From the NCBI GenBank assembly GCA_943704425.1, contig CALSCP010000738.1, forward strand, positions 7,697 to 71,696: a stretch of 64,000 nt of DNA, written 5' to 3'. The translations under genes were made by a program, and so were the position numbers. Source of the stretch: Ministeria vibrans ATCC 50519 (lineage: Eukaryota > Protista > Filasterea). The number at the start of each line of letters is the position of its first letter. The first letter of the stretch is position 1. Of the stretch, positions 1-9,934 are shown one piece after another. Under the pieces are notes generated by a model. That model was not told the DNA's origin and did not search any database. It saw nothing but the letters and a program-made list of their open reading frames with translations.

Positions 1-363
1 AGAGGAACAAAGTGAAGAAAGGAACAAAGTGAAGAAAGGAACAAAGTGAAGAGAGGTACAAAAGGATAGAGAGAGAAAAAACAAAGGGATAGAGAGAGAA
101 ACAAAGGGATAGAGAGAGAAACAAAGGGATAGAGAGAGAAACAAAGGGATAGAGAGAGAGAGGAGGGAGAAAGATACAAAGTGATAAAGAGAGGAGGAGG
201 GAGAAAGAAACAAAGTGATAGAGAGAAAGAAGGGAGAAGAAACAAAGTGATAGAGAGAAAGAAGGAAGAAAGAAACAAAGTGATAGAGAGAGAGAGAGAG
301 ATCAATGTGTGTATGCGTTCGAAGCGTCTACTGTCCTGTTTCCTTCTCGACTCAATGCTGTAC

Positions 364-838
364 CTGCTGCGTAGCCGCCATCAAACGAATTGGACCCGTA
401 CGCGCGCGCCTGCCACCCTGGAGCAAGCGTCGAGCACGTAGCTCCCAAAAATGGTTCGCGGCATGCGCATGTGTACGCAGGACCGAGTGAGGGGGTGCAC
501 ACGCCGCCGACGCCGCAGGGATTGGACGCGCACAAATCGACCGTTTCGGCGCAGTTGTCGCCGTGAAAGTCAGCCGTACACGCACACGAGAAGGCTTCGC
601 CAGCCGCGGTACAGGTGCCGGCATTCTGGCAGGGACTTGAAAGGCATGGAAACTGTCGGCGGACGCTGTCGGCGATCAGGGCGTCCAGTGTGAAGTTGTT
701 CACAACGACATTTCCTTCCAGATTGACCGTTCCTTCATGCGCCACAATGTCAAGCCTGCCGGGCACGTCGCTGCGAATATACGGATCCTGCGCAAGGCTC
801 ACAGAAGCGACGGCGACCAGAAGAAGGGTTAGTATCAT
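364..838 (-). CDS. Secreted/surface protein with signal peptide and two EGF-like repeats (first exon; gene continues off the left edge)
   Basis: Hydrophobic N-terminus (MILTLLLVAVASVSLA). Two 6-Cys EGF repeats (PCLSSPCQNAGTC...CACTADFHGDNC; LCASNPCGVGGVC...CACREPFLGATC). GT donor at 363 followed by a repeat-rich intron. Confidence 0.8.
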
Positions 839-858
839 CAAAAAAAATAAGAAGATTA

Positions 859-984
859 AGTCACCATCTACAACAAAAGATCGCTATCCAGTGAGGTAAT
901 CACAATGGTACGCCATACCCCCAGTGAGGGCTTAGGACTCTGACAAGCTGTAACAGCTGTCTAACGAGTAAAACTCGGTGCGAA
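859..984. repeat. Dispersed ~125-145 bp repeat, copy 1 (copy 2 at 57294-57440)
   Basis: Near-identical to 57294-57440, including ATCGCTATCCAGTGAGGTAATC...AGCTGTAACAGCTGTCTAACGAGTAAAACTCGGTGCGAA. Confidence 0.9.
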
Positions 985-1271
985 TCGGAATCAGTGGGGA
1001 GCGGAAGCAAGAATAAGATCACTTTATTCATGAGCCGTGACTCGTGACTCGTCACTTGAACTTCTTGCTAGTTTAAAATATGTTAGTGAATTGAGTTGCG
1101 AGAAAACGTGATTTGCGAATAAGACGTAATACGAATCGAGATTCGAGCGAGTGTTATAATATTGTACAGATTGTGCGTTTAGGGAGTCACTGGAATGGAA
1201 GGCCTACGCAAAAAATGTGCGTCAAAAACACCAATCTTCAATCTTCACCAGCGGATTTCCCAACAAAAGTC

Positions 1272-2504
1272 TTACATGTCAACGGTCCGATCAATACAGC
1301 GCCCAAAGCGATAGCGAAGCAAGTATTGTGTAAGCACGCCGGCGACCTTGACACACAAAGCAGTGTTTACATAATAATTAACATGGTACGAACGAATTAC
1401 CTTGTCGGGTGCGTCCTCGTGTACACAGTGTCCGCACTGCGGGAAGACGTGCATCTGAAATTTGCCTTGCATCTGTGCAACGGTCAAGGCGGTGTCAAGA
1501 CGATCCATGCCGGCCACAATGAGTAGACGAGCGGATGGGGATGCCAGGAAGTTGTCGGTGAGTCCGGTGAACCATCCACGCCAGTAGGGCTCAGTCTCGT
1601 ACAGATTGACACGCCAGCCAAACTCGTCGGGTGCCGTCTGATGCAGTTGTCCCGGCATAGAGACCCGTGCCGACTCCGCCGACGATGTCTGACCGCTGCG
1701 AACACTCCACTCAATGCCTTGCTCAAGCGACGTAAATGTACGCGGTCGCTGCGACAACACACGCGACATAGCAGAGAGCGCACTTAGCGCTGTGCCTTCG
1801 ACCACATCAATCACAACCACACCCACCACGGTCGGTAAAAGTCCACGACCCCCAATGTGCGAAGCAAGCGCCCCTCCCATGCTGTGCCCCACAAGCACTA
1901 GTGGTGGAGGACTGTCCCCGTAGCGTCCCTGCACCACCGCGACCACATCGTTGGCCATTTCCTCCATGGTAAAGTTACGGCCTCCCGATGCCTGTTTCAC
2001 TCCCTCCTCCTCCGACTCGCTCGCCACAGATGTGTCTGCATCGGCGCCGCTCTCCTTGACATTCATTGAGTCGCCATGGTAGCGCAGGTCCAGCGCAGAC
2101 ACTGCGCACGTCGACGACTGGGTCACTGCCTCGCTCATCAGTGCCCACGACGTCCCCGAGTAGCCCGCACCGTGCAAACACAACACCTCAGCGTCTCCTT
2201 CGGCCCAGTGTCCCGCCCGCCGATACATGCGGAAGGTGCCTCGCTCCGTTTCAACGTCGAATCTGTGTGCACCGCTCAGTTTCCCACAAAGTAATCAATA
2301 GTTTGCGTACTTTTCGTCAAAATACTCGCTCCACTCGGCAGGCGTGTAGTTCTTACGACGTCTATGACCAGCATTGGAGCCTGTGCGAAACCTGCAGTGC
2401 GAACACTGAGCAAAAGAGAGCCAGCCATGAAAAAATATCTTTCTAGAATACCCTCCAAGCGGAGGGAGCCCCCCCGAAGCGCCTCCAACTGCCTGGCGAA
2501 GCAT
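1272..2504 (-). CDS. PPME1: Protein phosphatase methylesterase 1 (alpha/beta hydrolase), multi-exon
   Basis: LHGAGYSG, DLRYHG, GHSMGG nucleophile elbow, DVVEGTA, SARVSMPGQ, DRLDTALTVAQMQGKFQM and GHCVHED match PME-1. Confidence 0.92.
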
Positions 2505-2561
2505 GTAGTCTGATCAATGTAGACACGTCACGAGCGACAGCAGTATTTAAAATGTGCGAAT

Positions 2562-3842
2562 ATGATTAACAAAGTGATTGATCATTCAGTTCTGAATCAG
2601 TCAATTCACTCTATGGTGTCCTTCTCGTCACCGACGCGAACCTTGGCCGCCTATGTGTTTCCACTTGCTGCTTGTTTCTTTTTGATTACACTTTCTGTTC
2701 TCGTGCTTTCACATGTGTCGTCGTTCTCAGGGCGACAGTCCGAGGATATTTTTGCTCGCGACGTTTACGCTCTCCACGCTTCTCTTGCCGCACCAACCAC
2801 CATTCCAAGAGAATGGCAGTCACCAACAGACACTCTGTCATCACAGACACAGTCGCCACCGCCAATAAACCCCCCGGCATCACAGCCGTCACCAGTGCAC
2901 CTCGCGGCGTCTCAGCCGTCCCCATCCGACTCCAACCTGACTCCTCTTGTCCTTTCTTTGGCGCATTCGCCATGCATGCGATTCGACATCACCTCTATCC
3001 CCTCGCTTCCCGCCCGAAACGCCACAGGGAACACGACGACGGTCGCTATCGACTGGTCAACTCACTCCGTCACTCTCAAGTGCGGCGACGCCTTGGTAGA
3101 AGCCAAACTCATTGCGCCCATCTTGCTGGGAAAGACGAAGCGTCTGACACGTATCATAGTGACCGTGCCCTCGCAGACAGGCAAAAGGGAAAGGGAAATG
3201 GAAGCCCTTCTGGTTTCCACCCAGTCGGGGTTTTCAAGTCCTCTCATTTGTGCGTCGCTGCACTATACCTTGAAGTTGCCCGAATTGTTGACGTCGTCAT
3301 CGTTGTTCTCTGCACCGCGCTTATTGTACGCGTGTGACTCTCAGCAGCGACCCTGGTACATTGTGGAGTATGTGCCGGGATGGAACCTGCACAGTCTTAG
3401 TCAAACCTATGTCTTCAGCAACGAGCTCAGGTGCTCTGCTGCTCGTGGCATCCTTGCCTACGTGCGCACCCTCAGAGACGCTGGCGATTCCGACTGCGAT
3501 TTGCATCTCGGCAATTTTATGCCCACCAACATTACCGAAGACAACATGCAATCGAAGGGCCCATCCAAACTTATGGCCTTCGACTTTGATTGTGTCGGGC
3601 CGTCGAGAGCAGTGGCTACTATGCATTGTTGTATGCCGAGAATCAGCAATATGATCAACTCGAGTTGTTTCTCCGCTATTCCCGAGTCGCCTGCCGACGA
3701 TGACTGTCGCGCCGTCTCTATCCTACAAAAGCTCTTCATGTCTGCACCCTCGGCCACCCTCCGCGATGCAATCAGTCGAGTGCCATTACGCAATACGACT
3801 CTTAATGCTCTCTCCGCGATTGTCGACAAAGCGTGTGTCTAA
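2562..3842 (+). CDS. Intronless protein with N-terminal signal anchor and C-terminal atypical protein-kinase-like domain
   Basis: Hydrophobic segment (AAYVFPLAACFFLITLSVLVLS), S/P/T-rich stem, then APRLLYA, YIVEYVPGWNL (hinge), DCDLHLGNF (catalytic loop) and MAFDFD (DFG equivalent). True start may be 2613. Confidence 0.6.
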   Translation: MINKVIDHSVLNQSIHSMVSFSSPTRTLAAYVFPLAACFFLITLSVLVLSHVSSFSGRQSEDIFARDVYALHASLAAPTTIPREWQSPTDTLSSQTQSPPPINPPASQPSPVHLAASQPSPSDSNLTPLVLSLAHSPCMRFDITSIPSLPARNATGNTTTVAIDWSTHSVTLKCGDALVEAKLIAPILLGKTKRLTRIIVTVPSQTGKREREMEALLVSTQSGFSSPLICASLHYTLKLPELLTSSSLFSAPRLLYACDSQQRPWYIVEYVPGWNLHSLSQTYVFSNELRCSAARGILAYVRTLRDAGDSDCDLHLGNFMPTNITEDNMQSKGPSKLMAFDFDCVGPSRAVATMHCCMPRISNMINSSCFSAIPESPADDDCRAVSILQKLFMSAPSATLRDAISRVPLRNTTLNALSAIVDKACV

Positions 3843-4111
3843 AACTTTTGGAAGGGGGGAGGGTGGCCTATTCAATTGTGGCTCTACCTTGACTGTACCT
3901 TGACTCCCCTTGATATTGGGCGCTCCAACTTTAGCGGGCTAGTCTGCGGCGGAAGCATAAAGCATTGAATTACTCTGATCATTTCTTCCTTGAGTAAAAG
4001 TTTTACTTCATTAACTTTAAGAAAATAAATAGAAGTGAAAGGCTCAAGGAGATAAGACGCTGAAAAACAATCCCGTTAGTNNNNNNNNCCCCCACCCCCT
4101 CCGTCCCAAGA

Positions 4112-4850
4112 ATGAAGCTGGTCTCCGTCCTTGTGTTCACCGCCGCCCTCCTCGGCTCTGTCCGTGCTGACATCTACCTGCACAACCCTCGCGGCTCCAA
4201 CAACCGGTGCGTTTTCGTCTTTGTCGCGAGAAACGACAAGAAAGAGAGAGAGAGAGAGAAAAAAAAAGAAAAAAAAAAAAAGAGAAACGCTTGTCGGACA
4301 CTGCAGATCCGTCGGTTTGCGGTTCTTGCGCTTCCCACGCACTCCACACGCCATAGCCTACCCTCGCACGGCTCGTTCGCTCCGACTCAGTCGCTCCTTT
4401 TTTTTTTCCCTTCTTTTTTTTCTCGTTCGTTTTTTTCGTTCCACTCGCACATCCGACTCACGAGTCGCCCTTGCCCGCTCGGTGTGTCTCGCGCGCCTCA
4501 TTGTCATGGTCGCATGACTGTGCTGCCCTTCGACACCCCGTTCAGCCACCGCTTTTGCTCCTTTCGACATAAGACTTTTTTTTTTTTTTTGCCTTCCACT
4601 TTTGCCTTTATGCCACTCGACTGCGAGTCCCGCTTGTGCGCCCCCGAGTCTCTTAATGAGTCCCTGTACTGCTATGAGCAGCCGTTCCTCTTATCGTCTG
4701 GTCTTTCTTCACCAAGTTCGATTTTTTTCTTTTGTTCTGTCGACTTGTTTCTGTCCTTTCATTGATTATCGAACCTGTCGGAATATGCAATCATGGTTCT
4801 CGTTGGCGCCTCCACCATCTCCAGACCCATTTCCAGACCCATTTTCCACT

Positions 4851-4894
<44 letters not shown>

Positions 4895-7670
4895 TTTAAT
4901 TTTCGGTTTTTTAAACCGCATCTCCCACTACTTCTACACCATGTACTCTACCATACCCCCCTCGCCTCCTCTCCCCTCGCCTCTTCTCGCCTCTTCCCCA
5001 ACACCTTTTTTTTTTGTCTCTTCTCTTTCTCACTGTTGTTTTCTTTTTTCTTTCTTTCCCTTTCCCTTTTGCAGTCTTGACGAAGCGAACCGCGACCGCG
5101 CCAACGGCAACCGTCTGTTCGACTCCCAGAACAACAACCGTGGTGGGTAAGGATTAAGACTCCCCTGGTGTGTGTGTGTGTGTTTTTTTTTTCAACTTTT
5201 CTCATTTCTCCCTTTTAGCTCCAACGTCGGCTCCATGTACTACTATGTCGGCAGCAAACTTCCCATTGAGTGGACGAACCAACACTCGTGCGGACACGAG
5301 AACAACAACTGCAACTTGGTCGTTCAGTACCACTGTGGCGATTGGGTTCGCGACGGTGCGAGCACCAACCGAATTCCCGAGAACAACCGCGAGTGCTACA
5401 ACCACCATTGCGACACGGACCTGGAGTATGGCCGTCACGAGTCGTACGACTGGTACAAGCAGTGCAAGTACACGGAACGCAACCAGGGCTTGTTCACGTC
5501 GAACCAGAACCTGAACAACAACGAGAAGGATTGCCGCTTCACGCGTCAGAACCCCGACAACAACCGCCGCGGTTATGAGTGCCCCGAAGAGCGCGATTAC
5601 TACCCCTACTGGCGTCCATCCCCTTGGGTCGACGTTGCTGTTCTCACCAACGACACCACCCGCTGCGCGTACTACCAGGCCGAGTCGCAGAACGTCAAGG
5701 ACCGCTGGCACTGCGTGCTCCCTACCTCGGTGTGGAACACCAAGGTGGCCGCCGCCGATTCGTCCACCCAGAACGGCAACACTGGCTTCCTGCCCATCAC
5801 CAAGGCCAAGTGCGAGACTGCCGCCCTCAACGGAACCTGGACCCGCGTGCCTGCCTGGGGTGTGCCTGCGCCCGTCTGCATGGAGCCACCGCACTCGCGT
5901 GATAACCACCTTGGCAATGTGCACGGTGGTGAGCACGCCCGCTTCAACTGGACCGTCACTGCTTTGCCCGAGGCCATGGAGCCCTACCGCGAGTACTGTG
6001 TCATGCGTGTGCGCTACAACATCTCGACGACCGACTACAATGACTGGGACTCGTGGGTGTCCGACTCGCTGTCGCCCTTTGACAAGGTTCACAACGTCCT
6101 TCGTGCCTCGGTCGACTACCGCAACAACGCCAACGCCACCAACCCGGATGCCGACGAGGATCCCGCTTGGGTCAAGCTTTGGGAGCGTTTCGGTCTCGCC
6201 TACCACGAGGTCGAGAAGTCGTTCACAACCCCGAGCGAAGACGCCGTCACTGACTCGCGCGAATACGTCCTCAAGAACAACCCCAAGGTCGACATCTTCA
6301 ACCTGACCGTGGCTCGTGGCGACGCTCATGGTGACACCACCCTCAAGCGCATCAAGTTCCAGCTGGCGATCAACACCAACCAGTTTGGCCGCACCTTCCA
6401 GGACCGAACCCACACCTTTGCCATTCGTCCCATGCCCGAGTCCATCTCGCAGAACTGCCCCGTCGTGCACAACCTCAACGTGCGCGGCAAGCGTGGTAAC
6501 ATTGTCCAGACCTACCCGGGCACCGAGTACGACTTTGTCCCCGATCGTCTCGAGGTTGCTACCGACGACTGCATCCACTACCAGTGGACCGGCTCCAACA
6601 CCAACCCGAACAACAACGCAGGCCAGGGCAAGCAGGGTACCGACCGCAGCAACATTGTCCTCCAAAAGGGTAACACCTGGGACGAGTTTGCCTGGCAGCA
6701 CGAAGCCATCGCCGCCAACCCCAGCTTGGAGGCGGAGATCCTCGCCGGCAACGGAACCGACGGTCTTCCCATCTGGGGCACCTGGGGCCGCAGCTACCCA
6801 GAGCACCTCACCATTGCGCGTGTGGTCGAGGACTTTGACATGGCTCGTCGCCTCGCCATCCAGGACGACCCTCACATGCACGGCAACGTTCATGGCGGTC
6901 AGATGGGCGGTGAGATGTCCGAGCTTGACGACGCCGGCACCTACTTCGACCTGGGTCCCGTCAAGATGAGCACCGAGGGCCATTTCCACTACATGTGCAC
7001 TCGCAACAACAACTTCTCCAACCGATCCCAGAAGGGCAAGATCATCGTGACCGAGGCACCTGTCATCTCAGAGCCCATTGGCTACGCCGGTGGCACCATC
7101 ACCGCGCCAGGCGCCAAGGGCTTTGTTCCCTCGGGCATGCTCGCCACCCAGTCCTTCTTTTCGATCCGCCAGATGCCTCCGTCTTGGCTCTCGAGCTCGA
7201 CCCAGCGCAACGCCATCTCTGACATTGTCTGGGTCGAAATGGCTCCCTCCGGCCCTGGTGCGCTCACCCTCACCGACACCACCGACGGCAAGTGGACCGT
7301 CTCCGTCAAGTACTCGGCCGGCTCGCTCCAGACGCCTAAGCTCTACGTCGGTCCCGACCTGGACAGCCCCACCTTCGACGAGGTCAACAACGTGAACTGG
7401 ATCACCGACAGCGCCGGCCAGACCTGGGCCGAGGCCAAGGTGTCGCCGCCCGGCTCGTACTCGCGTCGCCGTGCTACTTCCACCAGCTCCGTCTACTTTG
7501 TCTCGTCCACGACCAACATTGTGCCCATCATTGCTGGTGTTGTCTGCTCCATTATCCTTGTCGGCCTCATCGTCGCCTCCGTCGTCTACTTCAAGCGCCA
7601 TCCCGAGAAGTGGGAGTCGAGCAAGCGTCGTGCTTACAACTTTAAGCGCTCGTTCAGCAGCAAGGTCTAA
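4112..7670 (+). CDS. DD3-3-like type I membrane protein (exons ~4112-4206, 5075-5146, 5219-7670)
   Basis: Signal peptide, then DIYLHNPRGSNNRLDE...RLFDSQNNNRGG, EWTNQH, GYECPEERDYYPYW, NVRGKRGNIVQTYP and YMCTRNNNFSNRSQKG, motifs of the Dictyostelium DD3-3 family. C-terminal TM helix. Confidence 0.88.
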
Positions 7671-7933
7671 AGACCTTCTTTTTTTATAAAAGAGAGAAAA
7701 GCAAAGAGAGAGAAAGAAAAAAAACCAAAAACAAAGAGCGAAAACTTTTTTTTTAAATGAAGCAGTGCATTTTTTTTAAAAAAACACTCCTTTTTAATCG
7801 ACGTGTTTGTGTGTGTGTGTATCTTGGTGGTACTTAGTGCGTGTGTGACAACAGGAAGGATAAAAGCAGTCGTCTTCAAAGTGGGATCGGCAGTTTTTTT
7901 TGGGGCGAAAAAATTGTTTTGTATTGCACCATT

Positions 7934-9696
7934 CTAAAACATCGGAGGAGGAGGAGGCGGCGGAGGTGGAGGAGGAGGGCCAGCATCGTCAAAGGTCGGC
8001 TCAGGCAAAGGAGGGGCGGGAGGGGCACCGCCTGCGGGAACACCACTGTCGGCGGGTGGTGGAGGAGGCGGGGCACCGCCACCATCGGCAGGTGCGCCGT
8101 CGCCACCCTCAGCCGATGGACCAGCACCGTCTCCTCCTGCGCCTGCGGCGGCTGCTGCCTCTTGCTCCGCTTTAGCACTAGCTTCCATCTCCTCCGCCGA
8201 GCGCTTGGGACGGAAAAAAATGCGCGCGCCAGACTGGAAGAAGAACAAAAAATTAAATGATAAAAATAATAATAAATTAGTACTAGTTATTCTATTTGTT
8301 GTAGATGGTTCTTACCAGCGAGTAGTTGAGCAGCTCAAATTCCTGTTGGTAACTCTCAAGACGCTTCATTGTGAGTAGAATAGTCTGCTGAAGCTTTTCG
8401 TCTTCGCGTCCACGGGTGCGCGACTCAGTCGTCTGTTTGCGCATCTTCTCGTAGCTGCACACACAACACAACACAAAATTAGCTGTTTGACAAAATAAAA
8501 TATTAAAATATTATAATATAGTTGGACATACCGATCAATAACAGACTGGTGCCAATGCAGAGTATCGTAGCTCTCCTCTTGGTCCAGCAGCTTGAGAATA
8601 TACGCGACGCCCATGGCAAAACCGTCGTCGGTAAAGGCCGCATGTGTCTTGTTCTTCTTGCCCAGCTTCTCCTTGGCCGACAGCATGTACTCAATGTAGT
8701 TGATTGTCAGCGGCGGGACAATCATGTAGAAGTGTCGCAGATGACGGTTCTTTTGATCCCGGAATTCAGGCGCAAACACCTCCACAAGTTTCTACCGCAA
8801 CAAAAGCATAATACATTTAAGCGAAAATGGAAAGGAGAGCGCACAAAGTGTACCTCGAAGTACTCTGTGCCCTCTGCAAAGTTCTTGGACAGAGTCGACA
8901 GGTGCTCATCGAGAACCCTAAACAAAACGGAAAGAAAAACAAGTGAGTGTGTGTGGGGGGGAGAGGGAGAGGGAAAGAGAGAGAGAGAGGATGAAGAAAC
9001 AAAGTGATAGAGAGAGAGCAAAGAAAAACACAGTGAGAAAGAAGAACAAAAGTGAAACAGTGATAGAACAAAGTGAGAAAGAGAGGTGTTGTTGATACTT
9101 TGCTGCGGCAATGGTCTGTTCACTAAGCTTGTCCTCACGACAGAGATCTTCAAAGGTGATGATGTCCTCAACATCAGGCACAAAGCGGATGGCATTGGAG
9201 CAGTAGTGGAAGCCACCCGAGCGCACCATTCGAATGTACCCCATGGCATTGCCAATTTGCGTCACCAGAATGCGGAACTGGTCCAAGTAGCTGAAGCCCT
9301 CTTTGGTCAGGCCCAGTTTGCGGATTCCTTTGTTGAACTTCTCTGCTCGCTCATACGGAAGCTACAAGAGAGAAATAGAGAGAATGATTAAGATGGAGTT
9401 TGTGTGGGCGTGATTTGTGGAATGTGCGCACCATTTGATTGAATTCTTCCTTGTTCTCGTTGAAGTGACGGACGTCCTTGATAAGGCGCGACTTGATGTG
9501 ATCGTCGAAGAGGAACTGGGAGAAGACGACAAACTTGCGACGGAGAAACTGGAAGGTGAAATTGACGGTGGTGTTGGTGATGCCCATGCCATGAGTACGG
9601 ATGCTGTTGGCAATGTGGCGGATGTTGATGGTGTTGAGGTGCTTGTTGTTGCTCGTCTGCTCCACAAAGATCTGGTTGTTCAAGTTGTAGTTGTAC
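7934..9696 (-). CDS. WASHC4: WASH complex subunit 4 (SWIP/KIAA1033), C-terminal exons only
   Basis: [83 protein letters not shown] and the terminal ARIFF motif. Confidence 0.9.
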
Positions 9697-9714
9697 CTTG
9701 AAAGAGAAAAATAA

Positions 9715-9812
<98 letters not shown>

Positions 9813-9934
9813 AGTGATAGAAAGAGGAGGGAGAAAGAAACAAATTGATAGAGAGAGGAGGGAGAAAGAAACAAAGTGATAGAGGTGTGTGAGAGAATAA
9901 CCAATAAAGCGAGTGTGAAAGATGTGCTGTGTAC

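Noticed and set aside
912-945. Ribozyme or group I intron signature (minus strand CCTAAG...TATGG, resembling an 11-nt tetraloop receptor; GTCCTAAGCCC, resembling twister/pistol motifs)
   Set aside because: I could not build the remaining catalytic core, and the intervening stem is disrupted in copy 2. Kept only as a structured repeat.
5202-6989. 595-aa antisense ORF
   Set aside because: It is a shadow of the strongly codon-biased DD3-3 coding strand.
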